Positions 13,386-26,216 of a stretch of DNA of 64,000 bases are shown one piece after another (the stretch's first letter is position 1; each line of letters opens with the position of its first letter). The notes under the pieces were generated by a model. It had not been told where the DNA came from. It was given only the letters and a program-made list of their open reading frames with translations, and ran no database searches. A program made the position numbers and the translations under genes. Source of the DNA: Chrysomallon squamiferum (taxonomy: Eukaryota; Animalia; Mollusca); assembly GCA_012295275.1 (NCBI GenBank), contig CM022665.1:26412001-26476000 (forward strand), written 5' to 3'.

Positions 13386-15009
13386 CATGAATTAAGAAAC
13401 AGATCTATAAACTTGGCCAAATATTCTTACTCATTTATTCCAACAGATAGTTCATTGCAAGCGTGTTTGAAACCAACACTCAGTATACAGCCAGCCACAA
13501 ATATCAAAGAACAAGCCACCACATCGCAAATTACATTGATCAGGAATCCCGATCCAATCAAATCACTTCTGTAATAATAAATTATGTTAGAACATTAACT
13601 TTTTTTATAAATTTAAAAATGAAGATGATTATCTGAACAAGAGGACAATTCATTACTGCAAGTGTGAAAAAAATAAATAAATAAAAAATATATATTTTTT
13701 TTAAAATTATGTCCAGATTTTATATTATTTTGGGTGGTATAAATATTTTCAATATAAACAAACTAAGTGATATTTATGATTTGTATCCAAAATGTTTGAA
13801 TAAGGAATATATAACATGTACATATATTACCACGTTAAAATGTTTGTATAGGAAGAGGAAAAAGGTTGATGTCTTCACTAATATCAGATAAATGGGTAAA
13901 ATTTACAAAACAAATGATCAAACTCAAAGGTTCTCAAAATGCAAACTTATTTCAACATTTACGAAGATAAATTTATCATTGTCTGTTACACTCACAATTG
14001 ATTTAACTTCCCAATTAAATTGCTGATTCCAACTCCAGTTAACACCAAACCAAACCCTAAGTTGAGTATGACGGAGGTTGCTACCACATATACACAATTG
14101 GAGCTTGGTCCATATAGAAACCGAATGGGAACAATGGAAGCTTTTGATATTCTTTTACTGTATAGTAAACAATGACCTGAGCTTTTAACCTGAAAAAGGC
14201 ACGGCAACATACACATGAACACATTAATAATTATAATAATAATAATATTAAATAAAAATGATGAAAAGTATAATTAACAGTAAATATTATTACTTTATTA
14301 GTATTATTATTAACACTATTAACATTTACTGTGTGTTAATCCTGTTTATTCTTGCATTTGATGTGACCCACTGTGTCACTTTATGCTGTTATATGTTATC
14401 AGTAAATAGCAAGTGATCTCTTACATAAAAAAGCTATCTATACAACCTTTGATAAATAAGACATGGCACACTGGTTGAAGAGGAAACAAGCAGAATGAGT
14501 ACACAGAGGAAACTGTGAAATGAACCACTTGGCTTACAGTCTGCTCTTGAACGTAATTCAAATAAAGAAAATGTACTTGGTTCAATTTTACATTTTATAA
14601 AATAGGAAGGACAGTTTATTATTTTGCATTGCTATAATATGACATAATAATGGCTTTTATTTTATCATCATCATTTTACAAATAGGTATCATCAAGTGAG
14701 AGACGTGTGTGGGTGAATGTGTGAGAGAGATATTTTTATTAAGTAGTATTTTACAGCAGAATAACATTAATTAGAACCAAGTAATACCCCTTTCAGATAA
14801 AATTAGTCTAAAATGTGTAAGACCAATCGGAATTAATACTTAATGTTCATCTCCATTAGTAACGAGTTTAACAATAAAACAGTGTAAATGTAACACGTAC
14901 TTACCATACTGATTGATACTGGGACAAATATAGCAAAACTGGATATAGTAATAAATATAAACAGCAACATTCGAATGATGACAACTGGTTTCGTTGACAC
15001 GGTCGGCAT
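10573..15009 (-). CDS. TMEM179-family tetraspan membrane protein, paralog A2 (213 aa, complete)
   Basis: Exons 15009-14905, 14189-13996 (VKSSGHCLLYSKRISKASIVPIRFLYGPSSNC...), 13568-13431 (...SVGFKHACNELSVGIN), 12507-12444 (CAASFLITDMYFFYGDFFTAQ), 10713-10573 (AALWVSFVLWLAQVGVGIVTLWRLGKLCCNPVQVPLGSPNYELNIL*). Total 642 nt, all GT-AG, four hydrophobic segments. Confidence 0.9.
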
Positions 15010-16549
15010 GTTGACTCGTCAGTTTCCTCCACCTATTTGTAAATTATGCACTTTGTCCTCGATTGGTTCGAGTTCGATGTGTACTGTTTGACTTTGTACA
15101 GTTCGGGGATGAGAGACTACAGTTCATTGCAGTCACTATTATCCTCCCACAGGAAAGATTAGGCAATTAAGAGATCGAACTTCTGGTTCGTGTTCTAATT
15201 TAACACTAATCCATAAATTAGGTAAATGACAAAAAACAACAACAAACAAACAAACAAAACAAATATTTCTGTTTCACTGGATACTTATTTTTGAAGATAA
15301 CTTGAAAAAAATACGGAGTAATAGCAATTTAAATTTCAGTATTCACAGCATGTAATTTCGGCTAGTTTCGAGCTTTCATAAATTTTCAGGTGCATTAAAT
15401 TTTATATCTTTCTAAAAAAGCCAGATGACTATGTAATTTTCGGGATATCAAATTCAGTACATTAAAATTCGAATTAACTAAAGTTATTCATAATTATGTA
15501 GATAAAATTATAAACATTTAAACTAAAATAAACATCTAATCAAATGCAGAACTCGATCATATGACTAACAAAATAAAGGTTTGTTTATGATCCAAAAAGG
15601 ATGATTTTTGCTGTGCACAAATCATGCTGAATACCTAATCTACATTTAACATTAGTTTTACGAAGTGAAAAATCCTTTTTTTTTTTTTTTTTTTTTTTAC
15701 TTGGATAATTCTATGAAATTATTATTCGTCGGAAAATTAAAAATACTTCAACACCAAAAGGAAAAATTCAGAAGGGAAGCAATGGAGAAATATGTGTACT
15801 TAATCACCAACTAGGCTTTTATTTCAGAAATTTTAAAAACGTATGAAATAGAGCAGCAGTTCTGGAGGAAGTACGAGCACACATGCAGCAAACTCAGGTA
15901 ATGGCCAAAAGTACAGATTTGCGGAGTGCTACAAACATTAGTAAAATTCTATAAATGTTTGGTAAATATATAATTTCTGCTTAGTAACTTTCTACAGCTA
16001 GTAGAGTGGACGGTAATTTTAATCTCAGTATACTTTCGATGAACATACGGTTGAGACTGTTAAAATAGAAATACTGAGAATATTCACGTTTAATATTTTG
16101 TTAAATATTTATGCTAATTCGTTCTTGGTCTTAGAACTACTTGCTGAATGGAAATAGATTTATAATTTCAGTCAAAAACATTGAAAATAAATTATTCACT
16201 GGTTGTTACTGTTAGATGATGAAACCGCAAGATTTATGAAAAGGGTGTAAATCAAAATATTATAAACATTTATATAATTATATGATTATTTCCTCAAACA
16301 GTCGATAACATATTACTGTCTACTCTTCGCGTAACAGAACAAAACACACACACAGACATATATATATATAAAATCTGTATTTGAAACAGTAGGCTTACAT
16401 TTTCAACATATCATCGCAATACAAAATAAGAGAAAAACAGGTGGGTTTCAACTTTGTCATAAAAAAAAACAATGAAAACTTAATACCAAAAATAATCAGT
16501 ATTAGTATTTGGTTTTCTTTCACTTTGTTGTAACAAATTTCAGTTTTTA

Positions 16550-16597
<48 letters not shown>

Positions 16598-17845
16598 CAT
16601 CATTTTCATTTTAGCAAAACAAACTTCATAAATGCAATTACCATTTCATTATTATAAATAATTATAGTATAATAATAATTGTTTTTATCCCGTCCCCCAG
16701 AAAGCAATATAACACCACCTATGTTAAGATCTACCAGTAACCTTATCTTTGACCTATGCTTTTGTCTTGTATTTAACAAATATACAGTGCATAAGTATTT
16801 TAAAAAAAACATAAAAATAATTAACTGCCATTATTTATATATAAACGGAAACAAGATGCTTGCACACATCAAAATACTTGAAGCACTCTCAAATTCATTC
16901 AAGAATAATGTAATGACATCACAACCGGAATAATTATAGACAACAATAAAAAGAAAATAATAAAGAAAATAATAACAGATAGAGACAAATAGTTTCTAAT
17001 AACGAAGAAATAACACCATTGAATTGTTTCTCAAAATACAACGCTCAGCAGGTGGAGTTCATTAAATACTCTGATTGTGACCAGTTTTGGCACATGTTCT
17101 TTTATATCACGCATTAATTAATTATTCTGATGTACTTGTTCAGATTCAAGTCCCAGCATCTAGTCTGGAAATTTCTTTAATTATTCTATCATTATATTGT
17201 ATTAATCAGAAAATATAAAGTAAAGAGAATAATGTAATTTTGTATGTATTTTTCCATTCGTGTATCCTGTGAGCGTTTGTGCGTTTCCTTAGAATTTAGA
17301 AGTACAATACACTTTTATAAAACGTTCAGAAATAAAGTAAACTTAGTAATTACATCATCAAAAAAAAACAACAACAACAACAACAAAACAAAAAAAACAC
17401 AAAAAAAAACCACTCGCTACTTCAGCACATATTCTTCACATATGTGTTTTTGAACAATATTTTCATTGCTGGTAGATGTTCCAGATGACAGACAACTCTG
17501 AATACTTAGTTTACCAAGTTTTCTCAGTGTGTACAATGCTACACAAAGCTGGGCCAGCCAAAGCACAAAGGATATCCAGCATGCAACCTTGGAAGAAGAA
17601 GAATAAAAAGCTAAATAATAAAAAGACAGAAACGAAAAACAGAAAAATAAAATAAAATAAAATAAAAATAAATAAAAACAACGACAAAACACCAAAAAAA
17701 AAAAAAAACCCTACACCAAAACAACAACAATAAAAACATACAATAATAACTGAAATAATTATAATATAAAATGCTTAATTTACGTTGCAAAGAAATCACG
17801 CGTGTTTGTATAACATACACATATATCTATGTGTGTTTCTTTAGT

Positions 17846-17881
<36 letters not shown>

Positions 17882-20135
17882 TGAAAATATAAAGTTTGTT
17901 TCTAACGTATGAAATAAACTGCACAGCATTGAAAACGCACAACCAGTTGATGATAAATGAGAACGGAATGGAATGGAATGGAAAAAAATGAACGTGCTAA
18001 TCAGAGCAAGCTGTTGTGAAGCACGTCTACGACGGGCACGCTTTCTGACAGGTCAGCGGGCGTGTCCGTCGCAGAATGAGAACGGGGCGTTATCAGCATT
18101 AAAATATCAATGAATAAATACCGTACTACTCACAGACCATGCATGACGACGAATAACTTACAAAAAGGAAACGGGAGCCTACGGACTAATGGAGGGAGCA
18201 CCGGTTAATAAAAATACAAAAGTCTGGGAAATCGGGAATGTAAACATTAACCCTAAAATTTAGCGAAATAATAAACTTTTGTACACTTAACAGCTACATA
18301 GATCAGTAATATAATCAATAAGAACAATATACAGACATAAAAACAAATGTAAACAAATGTTATACAGTATATGTAAAGATAAATGTACAGGAAAAAAATA
18401 TTGGCTAGTTTGGGTGACGTTTGTTACGTTAGGATGGTTTGGGGTGTAATTATAAAATGTACGCATAACTTGATGGAAAAGGCGCTGAGAGAGTGTTGCA
18501 GTGATCGTATAGTGGGACTCAGAATAAATTAATAGTTGCTAGACGTAAGGTTTTGAAATGGAAACTGGCGCTAAGTTCAAATTTAGTCATTGTTTTTTTT
18601 GGGGGTTTTCCAGATCTGGTCTGGGTATCTCGAAATCCGGAAAACTGAGGTCAAAGAAATCGTGGGTCAACAGTATCATTATTTGCATGGTATACTATTC
18701 TCTGACGAATCCCACTTACAATCAAGGAATGCTGATAGTCGGACCGATGAGACGACATTTCATGTCTTGTGTTGCTGCAGATTTTCATTGTGAATTTACG
18801 TGTCTCTAGTACGTAGATACATTTAAATTAATCAATGACTGTGCATCCTTGTCTGTTTGTTGTCATCAGTGATTCATCTGTTGCTGCTCACAACAAAAAC
18901 ATTTATTGCTCAGGTATTCTTTTCGAAATCCAAACATTTCTTGGTGGTGCGTTTTTAGTGCTGTTCAGTATATATATCAGAAATTTAACAACAGTAAGGT
19001 AAAATAAAAACAACTGCAGTATTTATTGGATACCCCATGTTATTTCCTGGGCTGTAAATGATCTTAAAAGAGATAAATATAACTAATCTCAGATTGTGTA
19101 CGACTTAATGCGACTTAATTATATTTTTTCAGTCGTAAAAACGTACGATTTCAAGTAATTTAGCAAGATATTTTCTTGGCTTTAAATGTTTTATTTTTTT
19201 GTTTTAAGATAGAGAGGGAGAGAGAGGAATTAAAACTAAAATGTACGGAAGAAAAGGGTGATATAAAAACCGTAAATAGATAAAAGAAAAGAGGTGGTGT
19301 AAAATAAGGAACCTCTCCCCCGAAAATCCAGCTTTTTAAATAATAATAGTTATTCAAAATAATTATAATGATGAATATAATAAGTAAAATAAAATACTTA
19401 CCATGGCAGTGGCTAAATGTTTATAGAAGAAATAAAATTTTCCCGTGTTATCTTTTATGTAACCCTCAGAACATCTGGGAAAAAAACCCAAAACAAACAA
19501 AGAACAAATTCATAACCTAATAAATAAATCAATGAATAAACACGAACAATAAATTCACCTCTACAACAATAATTTTTCATTATTTATTTTTATCTGTCTG
19601 TATATCTATCTATAGCTATATATATACATATATTTGTTTGCCAGTCACAGGACTATTTTTTCTAAAGAATAGTTTTTGTTGTTGTTGTTGTTTTCAATCT
19701 TTCTTTCACTACTCTCGTCCACCCAATGGTGATGTAGAATTAATCAACACATGTGTTGAAACAATCTAGTATAGTATAATCACCTTTTCCTTATATGTCA
19801 ATGAATCTTAGAAATTAACTTGAGCTTTGTAGGAAGTCTTTAGAAATGTAATAAAAAGTACGATAGAATCAAACATAAAAATAAAAATAGAAGCGACGAA
19901 ATTATACATTAAATAAGATCCACTGCGAAGACTAACACAGTTCTACTTACTGAATTCCAGCGCTTAATGAATCACATGTTTTTTGAAGACCACCAGTCAT
20001 AATTATTGATGCCATAAATAAGAAACTACTGGCGATTCCATCAAAAATAGCACCTAGTCGCACCATAAAACCCATTTGTTCAGCCCTGTAAAAAGGGAGC
20101 TCCAAAATTATTTATTTAGTTTGTTTGCTTCACAC

Positions 20136-20206
<71 letters not shown>

Positions 20207-20821
20207 GATCAGTTCTAAATGGTATTTTGTTTCAAAAGACTATCTACAAACTTAAAAGAACAAATTGGTCACTCTGGGTATTTAATAATGGGGAAGAATT
20301 ACTAATTCTAAAACGCTTATTTTCCAAGTATCTACCTGATCATCTGACTAATGAATCGAAAGCAGAAATTTAAGAGAATACTGGATTTCATACACCACTG
20401 GATATATAGTAATAGTCGTACCCTTTCGTTTTATCTTCTTGCAGCATTTCTTTTTGTCATCTGCTCTGTTATTTGAACTGCCAATAGTTTCACTGCAAGG
20501 GATGCTTTTAACAACAGTTAATAAAAAAACAGCTCGTTTCCCCCTCTGTCTCTCTACAGCGTTTGTAGGTGTGTATAATTCCATGAAGGTGTGTATATAT
20601 ATTTTTAAACTAAGGCGAGATTTTGTCTGCAGTACAAGCAAGGGTATGCAAAACAGGGTTGAACACATGTTGCTATTTGTAGACATCTACCTGTGACTGA
20701 TAGTAGTAATATAATAGCAGTTTCATGACCAACACGAATGCCTGTAACATTGTCACAAAAATCCGGGATAACGAATTCTCTAAGGGCTATGGTATATAAC
20801 AAATCTCTGATTTTGAGACTT

Positions 20822-20874
<53 letters not shown>

Positions 20875-20955
20875 AAAAAAAAAGTAAAATAAATAAATAA
20901 ATTAAAAAAAATAATAAAACGAAAACAAAACTTATATTCAACATTTTTTTGTAGT
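11995..20955. repeat. Tandem segmental duplication, unit 2 (portion alignable to unit 1)
   Basis: Counterpart of 1-8170. The full unit probably starts near 8170, giving a period of ~12-12.8 kb. Confidence 0.9.
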
Positions 20956-22170
20956 AGTTGAATGAGTATTAAAAACGGTAACAGAAGTTATTTCTTCAGA
21001 ATTATTTCTAAATCAAAAATTAAAAAATCCGTAACAAACAAAACATAGCATAAACAAAATAAAAATAGTAATAAAAATGTTAAAATGAATGTATAGATTA
21101 GGATGCAGACGAATTCGTAACACTTATTTTCATTTTGAATAGAATCTTGAAAAAAGTTTAATGAAAACTGGTAAGAAAACTTGAAGTGGAACATTTGTAT
21201 TAAGTTATCACTATAACAGAGTTCCACTGTCATACAGAAGTATTAGTACCAGCAACAGCCGTATTACTAGTAGTAGTGGTTGTAGTTGTAGTAGCTGAAT
21301 ATAGTATAATAGTAGTGATATATAGTAGTAGTAGTAATAGCAGTAATATGCAGTTGTTGTGGTAGTAGCTGAAGCAACAGAACAGCTGGAGTAACAGCAT
21401 TAAAGTAGTAATAGTAGAAGCAGTTGTAGCAGCAATAGCAGTAGCAGCTACAGTGGTAGTAACAACATAATCGTAATGGAAGGATTCAGTTCAATGAAAA
21501 CAAAAATACTTACTGAGAGACTGTTGGCTGTCTTTTATCTACAACAGTTACAAATCCTTCAGCAAAGAAAACTACCCCAGAGATCAAATTAAAGACGACT
21601 GAAATTGCTTGAACAAACATACAGTTCCCCTTTTTCCCGTATACGATCATTTTAAAGTATTCATGGGGTTTCGATGTCGTTGTAGAGTACAGCAAACAAT
21701 TACCAGAACATTTCGTCTGTGCAGATAACAATAATAACAATAATAATAATATTAGTTTTATAATAATTACCTTTATCTTTCGGGATGCGGGGGGTAATAA
21801 CTAAATCACTATTATCATGTATAAAAACTATGAAATGTGAATGAATATTCTGAGCATGAAATGATATAATACAATTCTAATGATGTATGTGACACATTTT
21901 CATTTAATTTTGAAATTTAAAAATATTTATATTAATGCATCAGTTTTTCAATTCTTGAATTTCATGTCATTTAAACTTATTTCATATCGATAACGAGGTA
22001 AAATCATGTTAGTTTTCATTAGGAAAATTTTTTACACAAGCAGTAACAGTAATATAACTTTTACTTACCATACTAACCGCAAGAGGGATAAATATTGCAA
22101 AACTTATAACAATGATAGCTATATAAAGTAATGTCCTAAAGCAAATTATTATTTTTGCTGACTGCACCAT
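17417..22170 (-). CDS. TMEM179-family tetraspan membrane protein, paralog B (227 aa)
   Basis: Exons 22170-22069 (MVQSAKIIICFRTLLYIAIIVISFAIFIPLAVSM), 21716-21514 (TKCSGNCLLYSTTTSKPHEYFKMIVYGKKGNC...), 20085-19951 (AEQMGFMVRLGAIFDG...GLQKTCDSLSAGI), 19474-19402 (CSEGYIKDNTGKFYFFYKHLATAM), 17587-17417 (VACWISFVLWLAQLCVALYTLRKLGK...EYVLK*). Total 684 nt in frame. Confidence 0.9.
18490..18970 (+). mobile_element. Second copy of the decayed Tc1/mariner element, in intron 4 of paralog B
   Basis: Duplicate of 5930-6599 (GILFSDESH..., MRRHFMSCVAAD, same right end) lacking 204 bp between two gtcgg pentamers. Confidence 0.75.
21245..21475. repeat. Degenerate (AGT/AGC)n trinucleotide low-complexity tract
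   Basis: Visible agt/agc/aac reiteration in intron 2 of paralog B. Confidence 0.8.
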
Positions 22171-22473
22171 AGTTGTTTCTTTGCAGTGTATTGTTTGTAT
22201 TCATTCTTTGGAGCACCGCAGTAAATATGTGAAACGAATGTGTAAATAATAATAATAATAGAAAAATAAAATAAAATAAATAAATAAATAAATGTGTGTG
22301 AGAAAATAAACCAGATCAACAAGATATGCCGTTTTAGACAAAGTGCCGATTTGTAAAGGTTAAAATGACACCAAATATCGAATATGTTTTATCAGTTAAA
22401 CGTATATCGTGTGTCAGCTGATAAACAGTCTGTCAATGATGACTGCGTTTTTTTCTTAATCCTCTCTAAAGCA

Positions 22474-22650
22474 CAGTGGCGTAGCGTGGGCGGAGCTTCA
22501 TGGGCGGTTGCCCTGTGCGCAGAATTCTTAGAGTTACTACTGGTCTAGTGGAAGGGGCTAGGCGATGGCTAATTTCTCAGAGTTGGGGGGTAGGGTGGGG
22601 CGCAATACATTTGCCCTGGCCGGGCGCTGACAACCGATGCTATGCCTCTG
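22474..22650. mobile_element. hAT-type MITE upstream of paralog B
   Basis: GC-rich 177 bp with inverted ends CAGTGGCGTAGC ... GCTATGCCTCTG and an 8-bp flanking duplication ctaaagca / ccaaagca. Confidence 0.8.
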
Positions 22651-23093
22651 CCAAAGCAAACTTTACAGTTAAACATCTATCGAGTGTTAGTTGATAAACA
22701 GTCTGTCAATGGTGACATATATATATATATAATAAGAAAATTAAAAAGACATACAAACATCTTGTCAGATGTGTTAACATGTAGTCTTAATGTTTTAAAT
22801 ATTTTTTGTTATATAATATTTTTCTTAAAACGATCAAAATACACATCACCTCATAAGATAACTAATGCTGGTCTGTCTTCAATGTTGTCATTTCTGATCT
22901 GTATTACAAGTAAATCCCCACAATCACCGACCTCTTGTGTATTCCTTCGATTAGTTTTATTTGTTTAATGGGATAATCTTAAATATCAACGCATCCCTAA
23001 TTACTAAATGATATATTAGGATTCATTTTTGGTATCACGATAAAACAGAATAAAGTGACCACTTTTGTAAACTGGCAGTTCCACAGTTTTGTA

Positions 23094-23140
<47 letters not shown>

Positions 23141-23526
23141 TCGACAGTGTGAATTACACAGAAAATACAAAACACTAAAGACCCTAAAAACTTAAAGTTA
23201 TTTTAATTTCAAATTTAGAAACAATGACATAAAGAAACCATACATTCACTCTACTTAAACAATATAAATAGAATTAACACCAACAACAAACAATCAAAAC
23301 AAAACAAAATATAATTATTATTATTATTATTATTGTTTGGATTATTATTATTATAATAAAATAAAAATAAATAAATAAATACATTTAATAAATATAAATA
23401 AAAATTATCGTTCACTTGGAAAATACAAATGTCTTGATAAAAACATTACACCATCAGAGTATGGTTGTCAGAATTAACAATTTTCTTATTTTATAAATTA
23501 ATAAGTGAATTTATTAATTTATCTTT

Positions 23527-23670
23527 TCAGCGCTTCATTTGGACTGTAACAACCTCTGCACAGAATACAGCAGAGGCTAGACCCAAAACTAACTGGACTA
23601 GCCACATCAAATCAGCAAACCAGCAAGAAATCTAAGAAGAAAAAAAATATTAAAATGGAAAATTACTACA

Positions 23671-23739
<69 letters not shown>

Positions 23740-26216
23740 AATTAGCGTTGAAAGGTAATATAATTACATGAATCATAAATAAATAAATAAAATGTGACGT
23801 AAAGATAACATAGTCTAAGACTGATCATGGTTTTAATGTACGTGTGCAGGTATTTATTTATTTGTGTGTGCGTTTAAAAATTCGAAATATTGATAAATTT
23901 CATACAAACCATAGCTAAATTAAGGTTTTCAAAGAAGTAGTACTTCCTGTCAAAGTGGTCGTTAATAGCAGAGTCTTCACAACTGCAACAGAAGACAAAT
24001 ATTATCAGAATAGTTTATAAAAATTTTAATCTCTGTCAGCATATTTAACCATCAGTAAGTAATACTCAGTATGTTTAATTAGATAATGCGTGTCCCTGTC
24101 ATTTTGTTTTTCTTTCTGAAGTATTGTCTATAGATATGGCAAAATTTCCGTGAATTCGTTGATCTACCTCTTTACAATTTTTATTATGCTTGTATTATTT
24201 CTATTAATGATGTTTATAATTTTATTTTTATTATTTTTATTTTAAACATTCTGATTCTTTTATGTTTTGATCAGTTAATTTGTGAATTCATGCAGTAATT
24301 CAAAATTATGTTGATACGTTAGTTCATGAAAAATAAATATAAATACTTACTTTCTCATGTTACCGGCTAAATTTTCACACGTCTTATGTAATCCGTTTGT
24401 TATTAATCCTGCGCAAGACAGCATTAATACAAAGCAAAATAGATCTGATAGTAGATTCAGTCGGAAAGATCTACTTGTCACGGTGCTCCTGTAAATCAGA
24501 ACGGCTTTATGATTGGATTATCTCCTCGATACTTGACAATATATGGGACAAAAATATTTTATTTATATAAATTTTTAAATCAATGATTCCCAAACATCAT
24601 ACATGTCTTCAGGAGTTCAGTAAGAAATATATATTAATAATTATATGTTTGTCCGTTTCCATAGTTTGAGAATTCTTCAACACACTTACACAGACATGCA
24701 CACATATAGATAGATATATATATAGATAGACAGATAGATAGATATATAGATCTGAGGGAAAAACAATAATGACAATAATCATCATTTTTACCTGGCGAAT
24801 TGTCATCATATTTTAAAGATGAAATATGACTGGTTTGATTTGTTAAGAGCTGTGGTTTGCAAATATATGTATACTGTAAAGTTTATAAACTATATTACAC
24901 TTAAATTGTTAAAATAACAGGACAATATTTAATGACTGAAATACAAAGATATATTTAACGAGGAGAAGATCGTATGTTATGCTAACTGTTTCAGAAGATA
25001 TTACATACTTCTTGGAATTATATTCACTGGCTTTCCCTGTGATCAAGCATTTGAAAGATCGTCATATGTTATGAATATACATAATCACACACACACACAT
25101 AAATTCGTACGCACATTCAAATACTTTAATGGATTTGTATACTCACAAAATTTCTCGTTTTCCACAGACATTCAATATTCCAAGCACAATAAAAACCACT
25201 GAACTGAGGAAGCTGAAGAAAATGGGACATACCACAGCAAAAAGACAGTTGGATCGCTTGCCGTATTCAAAATATGTACCTCCTATTCTTGAGCTGAACA
25301 GCAAACATTTACCACCAGTCCTATACTGAAAAATAAATAAATAAATAAATAAATAAATAAAAAATAAAAGAAGAAGAAGAAGAAGAAGAAGAAGAAGAAG
25401 AAGAAGAAGAAAGAATAAAATAATTTTACTAATAAATAAATATATACATAACAGGAAAAAACAGATTATAAATCATTTTAATTGCATCTATTTTTTAGTA
25501 TGTGTTTTTGTTGGTCTTTGTATTTCAGAATTATTTCTTAATCTTTATTTTATTTTTCAGACTGTTTTTATACGCCACTAGTATCAACAATTTACAAAAG
25601 AAAGAGAGAGAGAAAGATATTCTTCTTAAGACGTCACGTTAATTGGCATTTGACGTCATATATTCTTTATGACGTTACTGACGTCTTTAGTTAACCAGAC
25701 GTGAATTTTGAAACTCACAATAACAGTAATAAAACTGAAAATTAATGAAGTTAAAAAAATAATAATAATAATAAAACAAAATAAAAATAAAATAAGTAAA
25801 TAACAATATAAATAAAACAAAAATTAATAATACAAAAAAAAATCAAGTTTTGAGGGTACAAAGATTTACATTAAGATTAGGTAGATATAAAATTCAAATT
25901 ATTTAAATATGAGAAAATTATTTTATTTCTGATTAATATTTATTATTTGTATGTCTTACCATCAATAACGTTTCAGTCGAATGAAATATTAAAAAAATAA
26001 AAAAATAAATAAAATAAAATAAAATAACACCACAAAATAACAACCAAAAAACAGAAAAACAACAATAAACAAAAACAAACAAATTTTAAACAGTAATCTG
26101 AAGAAAATAATACCTACCATGGAAATTGACATCGAAATAAATACAATACAGCTCGTGATCATGATTAAAACATACAAAAATATACGACACGTATTTGTAA
26201 CCGTCAAACCTCCCAT
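23527..26216 (-). CDS. TMEM179-family tetraspan membrane protein, paralog C (197 aa)
   Basis: Exons 26216-26118 (MGGLTVTNTCRIFLYVLIMITSCIVFISMSISM), 25325-25147 (YRTGGKCLLFSSRIGGTYFEYGKRSNC...), 24488-24351 (...GLHKTCENLAGNMR), 23982-23910 (CEDSAINDHFDRKYYFFENLNLAM), 23631-23527 (ISCWFADLMWLVQLVLGLASAVFCAEVVTVQMKR*). Total 594 nt in frame. Confidence 0.9.
25630..25705. promoter_or_regulatory. Cluster of CRE/ATF-like motifs in intron 1 of paralog C
   Basis: gacgtca, a full TGACGTCA (25651-25658), tgacgtta, tgacgtct and gacgtg within ~75 bp of CpG-poor sequence. Function untested. Confidence 0.35.

Noticed and set aside
18000-18270. CpG-rich patch in intron 4 of B resembling a promoter or ncRNA
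   Set aside because: No tRNA/snRNA fold, terminal repeats or ORF could be supported.
20348-20802. Cluster of 65-112-aa ORFs in intron 2 of B
   Set aside because: Frames are not preserved in the duplicate at 7500-7980, and no motif was recognised.
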